Assembly (NCBI RefSeq): GCF_001194135.2
Contig: NC_068981.1
Location: 166,044,780 to 166,108,779, forward strand
Length of the DNA stretch: 64,000 nucleotides
Direction of reading: 5' to 3'
Source of the DNA: Octopus bimaculoides
Taxonomy: Eukaryota
A program made the translations under genes and the position numbers. This document shows, piece by piece, positions 1-12,403 of this stretch (position 1 is its first letter; each line of letters begins with the position of its first letter). The notes beneath the pieces were generated by a model. That model was not told the DNA's origin and made no database searches. It worked only from the letters and a program-made list of their open reading frames with translations.

Positions 1-24
1 GACGATGACCATCTGTTGGTGAAG
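1..24 (+). CDS. Candidate 3' end of an upstream (possibly alternative first) exon, reading DDDHLLVK
   Basis: AAG|GTAAGT donor at 24/25; frame 1 is open and ends in phase 0, compatible with the phase-0 exon at 22022; lies in a CpG-rich zone. Only 24 nt are visible, and such donors also occur by chance. Confidence 0.3.
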
Positions 25-567
25 GTAAGTAACAAAATTTGGGGACATCAGTTATGCAACTTTCAAAACTTCCCCTTTAATCTGTATCTTTTTATTTATA
101 TATCTACCAGCGGCGAATGTTCTGAGCGTGTCTGGTACGTTGCACACCCACTAAAGCTCTTCCAATTCATAAATTCACTCGAAAATACAATCATGATGGG
201 GGAAAACTATTTTTTCTGATTCCCGTTTTGAAACATTATAACTGTTATTGGTTCTGAGATTCTGAGTTAACTGCATTAGGGTGAGCGACCTTCATACATC
301 CCGTGTCCGTTAGGTTTGAAAATTCTTTAATCCCAATCTGATTGTCTCTAGTGTAACTCTGTTCTTACTGTATCGTAATTTAACCTGGTCGTAATACGTT
401 TTCAAATCTGGTACTACACACTCAGAAACAAAGATTGTTATGTTATTTCTGTATAATATTCGTCTCAGGGTAATAGGTTCAGTAAAGTGTACACTCTTTG
501 ACAGTAACCACCATGCGCGTCTGCTCTGTCCATTTACCTGTATGTCTCCTTATCTAGTATACCCGTC

Positions 568-571
568 TGTG

Positions 572-602
<31 letters not shown>

Positions 603-795
603 TTGTGTGTGTATGTATATATGTGTGTATGTGTGTGTATGTATATATGTGTGTATGTGTATGTATATATATATGTGTGTGTATGTATATATATATATAT
701 ATATGTGTGTGTATATATATATATATGTGTATGTATATATATATATATATGTGTGTGCGCGTGTATATATGTGTGTATGTATACATATATGTGTG

Positions 796-826
<31 letters not shown>

Positions 827-864
827 GTATGTGTGTGTGTCTGTATACACCACACACACACATA
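568..864. repeat. Compound (TA)n/(TG)n microsatellite
   Basis: Directly visible; source of the spurious ORFs at 440-1000. Confidence 0.97.
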
Positions 865-2430
865 CCTATCTGTTTACTTCTTTGTTTTATCGATACTGAA
901 CACAGGAATTTGCGTGAGTTCCGACTTCAAATATTCCATAAATACCCCTCTGCATGCTTCTAACATTTTCCAACATTTCAAACTGAAACGCAGTATATAG
1001 ATAAGATACATACAAATGATGAATAAATACTCGCCCTGGAAATATGATTGAATACAATGAGGCAGGATCTTCTGTCTTTCTTCCTTTTTTCAAGTTATCG
1101 ATAAAGTTGTGTTGCTTCCTTTAAAGTTAGTGATATGATACCCAATGTTAGCAGTCTCTTTGGGATTAGCATCACCACCACCACATCATCACAATTGTCA
1201 TTTCAGTAACCTTAATAGACACTCATGATAAATCAATAACGCACTGGCAAAATATAATCAAGTTATTCCTTGTGATCTGAAAGTACGACCCAGTTTATTT
1301 ATTAAATTCCTAGTTATAGCCACTTCATTTCTCCCATTTCATTAACATCTCTCATTAATTCTTGTCCCTTAAAAATATCTGAAATAAGAAATCAATTGAA
1401 TGATATTATCTGTTTTTAATTAAGAGCTGGACATTTTGACGTAGATCGTATCTGATCGTGATATTAATCAATTTAGCTGAAGTTTGACATTGCTTTTCTT
1501 TGCTCAGGATCAATAAAAATAATGCATGAAGTTATTCGTAATGATCATCCCCTTACACGTACAAATATGAATGAACCTATTGCCCAGTCACAAAAAGTCG
1601 AATTGTTATTCTGAATATTACAGTGTTATTTTCACTTAAATGAAAACCACTAAATTTTCTTGTTTGCTTTCTTAATTTTCTTCGACTGGGCTAAAAGTCG
1701 TTTGGAATGCCAAACTGAAGATCAGATCATCTATAATCGTAATTATCATCATCATTGTTGGAGGTGTGTGTGTGTGTGAAAGTAAGTACTAGTGTGACAC
1801 TGAGTTATTTTTGGAATCTATTGATAAGGTTGCAAGAAGCAACGAAAATTTTAGGAAAATAAAAAGAAAAATAAGTGGAAATTTTACCGGTGAGTGTGTT
1901 AAATTTTAAGGCACAATAAGAAAATGACTCCCCAGACACAACAGAATATACTAACATAAAGTTTTTACACAAAGTTAAAAATTCATTAGTCATTTCAAAT
2001 TGTTTTATCATATTTATATTATTGCTGTCCTCATGGGACTTTCAGTAATTATTAGTGTGCCGGACAAATTACATTCAGTCATTCAAATCCCACCGAGGTC
2101 AACTTTTAACTTTCATTAAAGTACTAAGTCGATATATGTTCCTGTAAAGCAGCTTTGGTGTGAATGAAATTATATTAAAAGACTGAAACTATGTAGTCCT
2201 TTCCTCCACTCCCACCTGCAAAAAATTGTGTGGCCTACTATTTAACCTCTGGGGACGATAGACACCAGCCCTTGTACTGGATCAGATTTAATGGAATATA
2301 CCCTGCCCTGCCCTAAAATGTATATTCCACTTATACATCTGTTAGAAATCATTGCTGTAAAAGTGGTTTAGTAGACGAGACTGAAAAGTGACGCCGAATC
2401 TTTTTACAACGAAATCTACCGCCCTTCCTT

Positions 2431-2637
2431 CATTGTTGTTTAGCCCTAGGTCAACCCTTAATGGGTAGACCTGTGATTAGAAGCATTCTAGCCGATACCA
2501 TTTGTTTTATATATATATATATATTTATTTAGGACTAACTTGTCCAATGCAACCTCTCCTTTTAAATAGTAGGGTATACTTTGATAGAGTTTGACTGCTA
2601 TTTCTAGCAGGTCGAGCAACAACGTAAAGGCTGTCAT
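2431..2637 (+). mobile_element. Unclassified ~200 bp dispersed repeat (representative copy)
   Basis: Shared core ggtcaaccctga...gcattccagccatgacc...ggactacattatccaatg...gctgctatttctagcagg. Other + copies near 4119, 4612, 5870, 10043, 11640, 18738, 24650, 47035, 49910; minus copies near 48087 and 50408. Confidence 0.75.
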
Positions 2638-5600
2638 TGAATAATTGGCTGTTGTTAAACCTCAAGTTGGCCGTGATTAAGATGTTTTATGATCGAAAAT
2701 GCTCCACCTGTGATCGTCCCGTCTTCTTTCCCCACCCCCTCGGCATAATGTGTCCTCCCCCACCTCCTTTTTTAGGATTTTGTGTGAGATTTGATTATTA
2801 TTTCCAGCAAATCGAACGAATACGTTGGCTCAAAGTATATAGAGTGATTAGAGTTGATTGATGTTAAGTGGTTCATTCAAAAGTTTTTTTTTCTGGGCTG
2901 TTTTTGGAGGAAATTAAAATTGTTCAATGGTTCGAAATGTTTTCATCCTTTCCATATCGCTGTCTCCTTTCTCCTCAATTTTTTTTTTTTTTTGTGGGTG
3001 AGGGACATGTCATATATTCCATGACTTATTTTTCATATATTGCGTTATTTTTAGAACAATTTAAAGATACATTTTTGTTGTTAATCTAACACTGACTGCT
3101 GCCGCTGGTTGGGTGAAGGGGAAAGAAAACAATAACATAAAGCAACAAATGCAAACCCGAAATCAGTCGGACTGCATGTTAGAGGACTCCCCTCCTCGGT
3201 CAGTGTGAAAGTTCTTGATAAATTGGATTGTTTGGTTAACTCTGCTCTAAATAACGATTTTTTTTGTTTTGTTTTGTTTGTCGTCTTTTCGCACTGCATT
3301 ATAACTATCAACTAACCGTCTGTGAGAGAAATATTATTTACATTAATCAAACCAGCTCAAAAACTAATTAAATAGGACTATGAAGACAAAAGAGTACTGA
3401 GTGACTGAATGTTATATTCAATATCTACTTATAAAAACTTCATTACTGTTGTTATGCTCTTCGGTGGGGAGAGAGAGAGAGGGGCGGGGCATCAAAAAGC
3501 TGGTCTAATCAATCACATAACAGAAGTTTGTGTCATTTTATCGACATTGTTGATGTATGGGAGAGGGGAACAGTTGCAAAATCGGGTCGATTATTGAATG
3601 TATGTATGTGTGTGTGTGTTTAAGCATTCGTTTTGACTGTGAAAATTTGTTGAACTTTGTGTAAAAAGGACTTCAGAGGTGGTGGTCTGTGTTAAGAGGA
3701 AGTTAAAAACTGTAGGCCAAGATGGACGCTGTAGATGATTAATTAGTATTTACTATTGACACATACATACATGTGTTTGTTTACATACTTTAATGTGTGC
3801 ATTGTCTTCATCCACAATAAAATGTATTTGTTTGTATTTAGTCTATCAAATTCGTTCTTCTTTCTCCGCTTCTTTTTTTAATCGATAAGGGTTCTTTTAT
3901 TTCTTTAATATCATTTGGTAAACAACTTCAGTAATAAATACGAATAATCAAAATAATCATCCTCTACTTTGATTATTAAGAGGTTTACTTACGTCTGTTA
4001 AGCTAGACATAAACTTCATAGAAAAGTTGTATTCATAGAAAAGAATAATGCTGAAATCAGCCCCATTCTTTCTTCAGACATTTTGTCTTCTACAGATAGA
4101 CGAAGTGACGGCAACTACTGGTTGTTGATGTTTTTGTCCCGGCTCAGGCTGAATTGCAGATCTACGATCAGAGGCATTCAGTCGTGACTGTACCACCTCT
4201 ATTTTCTCTAGACATATCTAGGACTACATTATCCAATGTTTTTCTCTGCAAAGACATTATGGTGTGGTTTGAGGGAGACTTGGCTAATATTTTAACAGTC
4301 CCTCGAAGGGACCCCACTTGTTGATTGTAGTAAATATTAACTGAAGTAAGAAAAATACAGTTAGATTCGCAGTGGAACTTTATCGCTGCTCTCCTTAAAA
4401 TTCACCTCTACTATAATGAAGGTTGAGGTTTTTCCATAAGTAAAGCAAAATCTCTCCTTAAAAGTCAGGTCACTAACAATGCTTCAAAACAAATATTTTT
4501 GTAGCGGAGGTAAAGAATATGCACACCACCCGTTTTTCGGCGTAACAAAAACCCTAACCCTAAACACTGGGTGTGCGTATTCTTTATCTTCGTCTGTTTT
4601 TGTATTTGATGCATGTTGTTTAGACTCAGGTCAACCCTGATAATGTAGGTTTGTAATCAAAAGTATCGTTGCCATGACCATTCTTTCTTTCTTTTTTTTT
4701 TTTCCCCCCAACATAGTTATCTAGGGATCGGATACGTCCTTTTAAAGAGAGGTTTGGTTGCTATCGTTTGCAGGTCGAACACCCACAATACGGTTACTTC
4801 GTTGGCTGGTCTTAGGTGTTTCTATTCTTATATGTCCACTATGTATTTATCTTGACCTATTTCTACAATGTTTGTGTACTACCTGCCATTATCTCAATAA
4901 CGTTTCTCCATTCATTTCACATTGTTCTACCTATATCTATTTCACCGATTTACATTTGATACTTATCAACCTCAAATTCGTGCTGTCTATCCAATGAGTC
5001 AACTCATTTTCTCAGTATTTACATTTTCAGATCCGCTGGTCATATTTCTTGGTCACGCATTACTCCTACTTTGGATACAGACCAAAATCAAAATACCATT
5101 ACACAAGACAAAAATTCTTTTTTATAACTGAGAGCATTAATTAAAACTCTTGTCCTCCATTAATATTCATTGGAGTTAGTCCTCAGGAACATCCTTCATA
5201 GGGTCCTATCAGAAGCAACTGACAAACTGTTAAACTTTCCTTTTAGACCCCCAGCATGACCAACAGAGGCTATGGATGTCATCCAGTCATCCCCAGCATG
5301 GCCAACAGAGGCTGTGGATATTATCCAATCATCTCATACTCTTAGTCTACCCCTAATTCTTCTGCCATTTGGCTCAGTTTGAAAAAGGATTTGCAATCCT
5401 TTTCTATGACATTCTAACCACAGAGGTCACAGCTCCATATTATGTGAGCTATGGCTTCTCAGTGAAGAGAAGTAACAGCTCAACCTAGAGAAACTCTCTG
5501 AGCTATACACTCTGTTGTGTAACATTACTCTAGTGTTCCTTTGGAGGAACCCCCTTTTCACTCAGCCACTTGTAGTCATACTTTTTCAGCTTATTACCGA

Positions 5601-6312
5601 ACATTCATGACTGTAGATGAGGATAGGCATGCAAACCAAATACTTAGATGATAGCATTTTTTTTTTTTTTTACCAGCCTCTCCTTTTCTGAGGATCAAAT
5701 GCTGGAGCAGGCACATTACTATTCTAGCATCTAATTCTGCCTCCTGCTTCCTGTTACTCATTGATATTACTCTCGGGGTACTTAGATTTCTCCATTTGAC
5801 TTCGTTGTGTTTCACTATCATGCCTTAATTTCTATTATGTTTATGTCTAGCTTGTCCTCTTGCACTAGTTGTTATTGCTGTTTAACCTTCAAATCATTAT
5901 GATCAAGTAACCCTATTATGAGACATTCCAGCCATGACCATCCCATGTTTTACCTTGGTATATGTATATATCCAGAATCAGTGTATCCCTTCTCTAAGAC
6001 TGGACTGTGTTTTGAGAGAGATTTAGCTGCTATTTCTTAGGTCAAACAACTGGATATAGGTTCCCGTCATGGGAACCTTTATCTTAGAAAGTACAAGATA
6101 ACTATTACTTGATAATCATTATCAAGCAACAGCCCATAATCTGCTGGCTTGTATTAAATGTTCCAACTGTTATTAGCACTTAGTCCCTCTTCTGTTATTT
6201 GTTGCTTCTATCACCACTTCAGTGTAATGTTTCTGGCACGAAGCTACTTACTGACCACAGCATCGGTTTTCAGTTTAATAACCAGCTCTCTAAGAATGAG
6301 TATTTTGTGTTT

Positions 6313-6440
6313 CATCATTATTTTGATGTCCATTTTCCATGCTTGCATGGGTTGGACAGAATTTTGTTGAGGCAGATTTTCTACAGCTGGATGCCCTTCC
6401 TGTCACCAACCCTCACCTATTTCCAAGTAAGGTAATATTT
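6313..6440 (-). mobile_element. 3' part of a SINE with an RTE-like tail
   Basis: Reverse complement of ...ggtgagggttggtgacaggaagggcatccagctgtagaaa...ccaacccatgcaagcatggaaaa...gatgatg. Confidence 0.8.
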
Positions 6441-6477
6441 ACACACACACACACACAAATATATATATATATATTTT

Positions 6478-6664
6478 CGTGCGGGTGACACGTAAAAGCA
6501 CCCACTACACTCTCTGAGTGGTTGGCGTTAGGAAGGGCATCCAGCTGTAGAAACTCTGCCAAATTAGATTGGAGCCTGGTGTTGCCATCCGGTTTCACCA
6601 GTCCTCAGTCAAATCGTCCAACCCATGCTAGCATGGAAAGCGGACGTTAAACGATGATGATGAT
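6478..6664 (+). mobile_element. Young 5'-truncated RTE LINE 3' end with (GAT)n tail
   Basis: Nearly identical to the 3' UTR of the RTE copy at 43248-44008. Confidence 0.88.
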
Positions 6665-6678
6665 ATATGACAAATGAC

Positions 6679-6822
6679 AGGTTTCCTAAATCTACTCACT
6701 AGAATTTGGTCAGCCCAGGGTTGCAATAGAAGATATATGCCGAAGGTGCTACACAGTGGGATTGAACCTAGAACCATGTTTTTTGGGAAGCAAACTTCTT
6801 ACCACACAGCTACACCTGTGCC
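6679..6822 (-). mobile_element. tRNA-headed CORE-type SINE, 5' part
   Basis: Reverse complement of the head seen at 12481. Confidence 0.75.
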
Positions 6823-7878
6823 TGTTTAGTAATTGAAAATTGTTTTTATATCTATTTGTCTATGTTAATAGGAACGGGATAATTTTATATATTGGGGAGA
6901 AGAGTTCCATATTGTTGGAAGAATTGTTTCCAAAGTTGGATTTCCTTCTTACTGCTTAAAGATTAGAGCTGTTTATATACTGAAAACACTGAAACTAATA
7001 GTAGTCTGCTTCAACCAGTAACATCAGATTGTAATTGTCATAAGATTTGAATTTATGATCATGTGATTAGTAGTGCAACACTCTTAATGTCATGCTAATG
7101 TTCTTCAAATGACTTTATTGATTTTTGCCTAATTCAAAGAAAAGTTTAAAGATTAAGCGTGTGAACTTAAAATTAAATAGGTAACCTTTTTTCATGGTTT
7201 AGTTATTAACCTTTATAAGCTCTCCAAGATGGTAAAAGATTGAGATGGTTTATATTCAGCTTAAACATCTGTTAGTCAATGTGTGTAAGAAAAAAAAATG
7301 GGTTGGGGAGAGAATTCTACAGGGTTGGCATACTGGGATGAAAGAAATGAGCCTGATAGTTCATATGAAGTCTTAGGCAATGAGACACAGTAGGGTTGAT
7401 GAAAGGAGAAGAGGCAAGCATTTCAAGTCTTTCAGGTGAAGATGGTTTGTAACTAGCTGGCTCAGAGGAGCAGAAGTCATGGTAGTAGTGATAAAATAGG
7501 CACAGAGAGAAAATAGTATGTCTGTAGACTTGAAGTTGTGTGTTAATGAGATAGCCTTCATTAATTTATTGGATGGCTCTCTTTCAAATATCATGCAAGA
7601 TGTTTTTATTTGTAGCAACAAGACTTTCCGATATGAGAGCAATACTTCATCATGGCTCTTGAGTTATATTCCTACTTCCTATTCATTTTATTATAAAATA
7701 GACTGGACAGTAGGCAGGAAAGAATATGCCCAAATTGTTACATTCTGTCCCCAGTGATAAACTACAGCATATCATTGTTGTATAGCATGGTTTTCAGCTA
7801 GATTGTGTCTATAAACCTGAAGCAATGAATCTCCTTGATCATAGCTGATCATGAGATAACCAACAGTATTATTATCAT

Positions 7879-8690
7879 TAAGGTAGTAAGCTGGCAGAGT
7901 TACTAATGCCAGACAAAATGCTTTGGGGCATTTCTTCTGGCTCTTTAAGTTCTGAATTTAAATTCCCCTAAGGTTGACTTAACTTTTCATCCTTTTGGAG
8001 TCAATAAAATATGTGCCCCTTGAGCACTGGGGTTGATGTATTCAATTAACCTTCTCCCCTTACATTTCAGGCCTTGTGCCTACAGTAAAAAGAATTGTTA
8101 TTTGGGCACTTTTGTAACCTTTGATATGGCAGAGTAATCCAGGTCTTTGTGTTGTGTTTTCCCTGAATTCCTCTAGAAGGTCTCCCTCCTCATCATTGGG
8201 GAAATTTTGTTATTTCTTTATTTTTGTTGACTTCTTTTTGTTTGATGTACCCTCCTTTTTGTGTCTTGTATTTTGTACTCTATGTCTTGGGCCCTTGTGG
8301 CTAATATATTTTGCAATATTTCTTCCAACACTTTAAATTCTCAGTTCAAATCCTGCCAAAGTCAACTTTGTCTTTTGTCCTTTCAGGGTCGATAAAATAA
8401 AGTACTAGTCCAAATACTGAGGTCATAACTAACTTCCTTTCCCTAAATTAGAAACAATTGCCATTGCTATCAGGGCGATAGAATGGCAGAATCATTAAAG
8501 CATCAGTTAAACTACTTTACAGGATTTGTTCTTATTTTTTTACTTTGAGTTCAAATTTACTCTGAAGTCATCTTTGTCTTTCATCCTTCTGGAGGTGTCA
8601 ATAAATTAAAACACTAGAATTGATGTAATTAACTAAACTCCTCCCCTTAAAATTGCTGGTCTTTTGCCTCAAATTAGAAACAATTATTTT
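7879..8690 (+). mobile_element. Cluster of three decayed SINEs of the 31240 family
   Basis: Repeated gctggcaga...ttcaaat...gactttg.ctttcatcc...ggggtcgataaaataa core at about 7880, 8340 and 8470. Confidence 0.75.
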
Positions 8691-9173
8691 TTTATTTTAT
8701 TTTTTCTCTGTGTGTGTGTGAAGCAATGTGTATATAGTTTCATACTGCTTCATGTTAAAGCTTTAGTCAGGAAAATAATCTGATGTGTTGTTGAAACAGA
8801 GACAATATAATAAAATGAAATATATGTATAGATGGCTGTTTGGTTTTAGTTTTCTCTTAGGTGTTGACTGACCTGTGTATTGACCCATTACTTCCGATGT
8901 ACTGTAGTGTGATGGTTCACTGATGATTGATGCAGATTAGATTTCGTTTTAGTCTTTGCTAAAAGCATGACAAAGATAAATATTTTTACAGAAATCAGAT
9001 TTTTAAAATTATTATTCTAAGCTGTAATCATTGCAGGATTAATTTTGACAAAATTCCATATATCTACAGCACCCCTTTTTTTTTTCTTTATATAGTTAAA
9101 AAGGATTTTTTATTGGTTAAAAAGAATTTAAAAGCATGGGCAGAAGTCAGGCAAAATTTTAAATTCTTTGCAA

Positions 9174-9285
9174 CAGATTTTCTATGGTTGGATGCCCTTC
9201 CTATTGCCAACCCTCACCTGTTTCCAAGCTGAGTAGTATTTCCCCATGGCCAGACATGTTTTAGCAGAAGATTGGAAACAAATTA
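9174..9285 (-). mobile_element. 3' part of an RTE-tailed SINE
   Basis: ttggatgcccttcctattgccaaccctcacctgtttccaag, same family as 6313. Confidence 0.75.
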
Positions 9286-9479
9286 TACTACCTGCAGTGT
9301 CAAGACAAGGTCTCACATACACACACACACACCCTTTAAAAAAAATCCCCTCCAGCCTCCATCAGGTGTCTTGGGGAAATTTCGAACCTGGGTTCTCATT
9401 CTTAAGGTATTTTTTGATATTATTATTATTATTATTATTATTATTACTAATATTATTATTATTATTATTATTATTATTG

Positions 9480-9719
9480 TGCAGGTGGCATGTAAAATAC
9501 ACCATTTTGAGTGTGGCCGTTGCCAGTAGCGCCTGACTGGCCTTCGTGCCAGTGGTACATAAAAGCACCCACTACACTCTGAGTGGTTGGCGTTAGGAAG
9601 AGCATCCAGCTGTAGAAACTCTGCCAAATCAGATTGGAGCCTGGTGTAGCCAGTCCTCAGTCAAATCGTCCAGCCCTTGCTAGCATGGAAGGCGGACGTT
9701 AAATAATGATGATGATGAT
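9480..9719 (+). mobile_element. RTE LINE 3' end with (GAT)n tail
   Basis: Similar to 6478-6664 and the 43248 copy, slightly more diverged. Confidence 0.85.
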
Positions 9720-10388
9720 TATTATTATTCAGCTCAAGGTCACTGCCTGGAATCGAACTCAGAATCTTGGGGTTAACCACTACTCCATATACCCGTGGGC
9801 AATTATGGAGTGAATTTTAGGGCTTATAAATCTAATATTTTCGTATCCTTCCTTAAATATAGAACTGTATAAATATGAATTGTAAATATGGAGAGTTGGA
9901 AGAAAGCAAGCTTTTTTGATAAGATGTGTTTTCTTAATTCTTTATTTGGAAAAATCATTGAATTGCATTTTCCATTCTAACTATACTCTGTGTGATAGTG
10001 AAATATGAACATCTAATACTGAAGGTCTGCAATCGATTATCATTTTTGTTGTTGTATAACCCCAAGTCAGTCTTGACCAAGCAGATTTTTCATCAAAATA
10101 TTCCAACTGCAATCATCCCATCTTCTTAGGGTGTATTTAGGACCACATTATCTCATATGCCTATTTTAAGATGATTAAGTAAGATTTGGTTCCTATTTCT
10201 AGCAGGGCAAGTGACTACGTAGATGTTCTTATTTGGTTCATGTATAACATGAACTTGAGATAGATGAATTGCATATGAGTTGAGAACATAGCCCTCAAAG
10301 ATACTGATTGGCTGTCTGTCTGAAGAGTTTGTGTGTTGTTGCAATTGTTTGGTTCAGTAAGAGAGGGCAGTGCCCATATCCTTCACAA

Positions 10389-10638
10389 CAGTGGTCCCCA
10401 ACCTTTTTTGCTCCACAGACCAGTTTCATGCAAGAAATGGGACAAATCAATCACATTGCAAAACACAAAGTGCATAATATTTAATTTAATTATTACATCT
10501 ATAACTCACACATAATGTGAAACCACCTTGCAAACTGCACTGGTCAATAAAATGGAAATAAAATTTTAAGATGTTTTCTTTCTGTGCAGCCCAGTACTAA
10601 ATGGTACCGGTCTGTTGTCTGATGGTTGGGGACCCCTG
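10389..10638. mobile_element. hAT/Charlie-like MITE
   Basis: TIRs CAGTGGTCCCCAACC (10389) and GGTTGGGGACCCCTG (10624-10638), 14/15 complementary; 8 bp flanks only partly similar. Confidence 0.7.
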
Positions 10639-10905
10639 CACTACAGGGCCTATTAGACTGATTGGGTTGATGCAGTTGATGTTGGGCAGGGTTAGGTAAG
10701 TAGAGTTTCTGAGGATTGGTGTTCTGAGGCATATGGAGTAAGCAGAATATTTAGTATAGTGTTCAGGGAATCAGTCATAATATGGATGTCAAGGGGAAAA
10801 GAAGTATGCTTGAGTGGGGTACTTACTCTAGAGTTAAGTACCAAGGAGCTAAGACCATTGTAACTTCAACAGAGGAAGCAAAGAAAGAACATATATTATT
10901 AGTTT

Positions 10906-11107
10906 GCTAGTACTTTTATTGTTGGTTTATGAGTGAAAGCTTGTCTATCAGTCAACTGTCCTTTCACTGGGTGCGAGTACTTTTATTGTTGGTTTATGAG
11001 TGAAAGCTTGTCTATCAGTCAGCTGTCCTTTCACTGGGTGCTAGTACTTTTATTGTTGGTTTATGAGTGAAAGCTTGTCTATCAGTCAACTGTCCTTTCA
11101 CTGGGTG
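10906..11107. repeat. 67 bp tandem repeat, 3 copies
   Basis: agtactttt recurs at 10909, 10976 and 11043; units differ at 1-2 positions. Confidence 0.97.
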
Positions 11108-12403
11108 GCAGGAATGTAGTCTGAAATATGCATTTATGTCATAACTGTCCCAGCTGTGTGAGCAGAACTCTTATGTGGGCCACATTTACTCAGAGATAAA
11201 GTAGTTACCCCCAGATTTAGGAGTGTTCCTGGTAGGATTAAAACTTGATGACCAATTCTGTAATGGCTGATCTCTCAGTGTGAGTGAAATATAGGTTCTA
11301 AACCGATGACGGTACACAATTCTAACAGGAATAATAATTTCTGTAACAAACAAAACCAGCAGCAACGTTAAATAACCAAATAATTATGAGGTTATGATTT
11401 GCTTCAAGTCAGTAGTCAGAAAGTCTAGCAAATCTTTCATTGTGTATCATATTAGTGTTAATTACGGTAGAAAATAGATACTTATTGATTTCTATAGATT
11501 CATTATCTTCTGTTTCTATAGTGACTAGAAATAAGATTCTATCAGAATCTGGTGGTCAGTGTAATTGGATTCTCTTTATCAAAACTATTAGAGAAAAGAA
11601 ACTAAGTGGCAATTTTTTGTAAAATTGGACAGTGGTCCAGATGTTGTTACTGTGGTTGCCCTACCTTCAGGTTAAGCCTGATCACACATGTCTGTAATCA
11701 AAGGCATTCCAGCTGCAATTACCCTCTTGTTTTGGCATTCCTAGAATAACATTGTCCAGCATTGCATGTTGTCCTTAGTTTTGCTGGACTAGATCACCAA
11801 CCTATAAAAGGGTTACTGCACTAAGGGGAAGATATCACTGTGAATAGTGGAATCATGGAATCACTATAATTAATGTTTGTGTTTTGTTAACAAGTAGTGC
11901 TGGATTCAATCCTGCTTTGAGTAATAAGTTGGTATAGGTATGAGAAGTTATTTTTCCACATGTGTTCTACTGGTACTGAAAATCTTCACTTGTGCACCAA
12001 TATGTAAACTCCCATAACCCCAATGAGTTATGGAGCTTACTACCATCAATGATTTGAAAATTGATTGCTATTTCATGCTATTTTGAAGTTTATCATTTAG
12101 AAATTGCGTAGAAATAGAGAGTTGGTTATAAATGCCTTGTGTATTGGTGTCACATTCAACGTTTCATATTTCTCTGTTCAAGTTAAGCATTCAATGCTTT
12201 ACATTTCTCAACCTTATGAATGTAGTTAATGAATTAAGCAGCAGTAATGTAATATACTTCAGTTAATTGTTAACTAAAACACTTACCCCACTGTGCTCAG
12301 GGTGCTTCTATGTAACCACTCAATCTCTTCAATGTAGCAAAAATAAACTTTCTTTTACCGTTTAAAAAAAATGGTCTATATGTAAGTTGTTCTGAATCTT
12401 AGG

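Noticed and set aside
440-1000. Stack of 98-186 aa ORFs on both strands
   Set aside because: Translations of the (TA)/(TG) microsatellite (YI/CV/HT repeats); no coding signal.
3377-3400. TMKTKE resembling the EVI5 linker TIKTKE
   Set aside because: An in-frame TGA follows after one more codon and there is no good donor; treated as chance.
4552-4563. (CCCTAA)2 as a telomere or interstitial telomeric array
   Set aside because: Only two units; too short.
9246-9627. ORFs with poly-L, poly-I or poly-N
   Set aside because: Produced by an (ATT)n tract between two repeats.
10906-11107. 67 bp repeat as a CRISPR-like array
   Set aside because: Units are contiguous and identical with no unique spacers; eukaryotic context.
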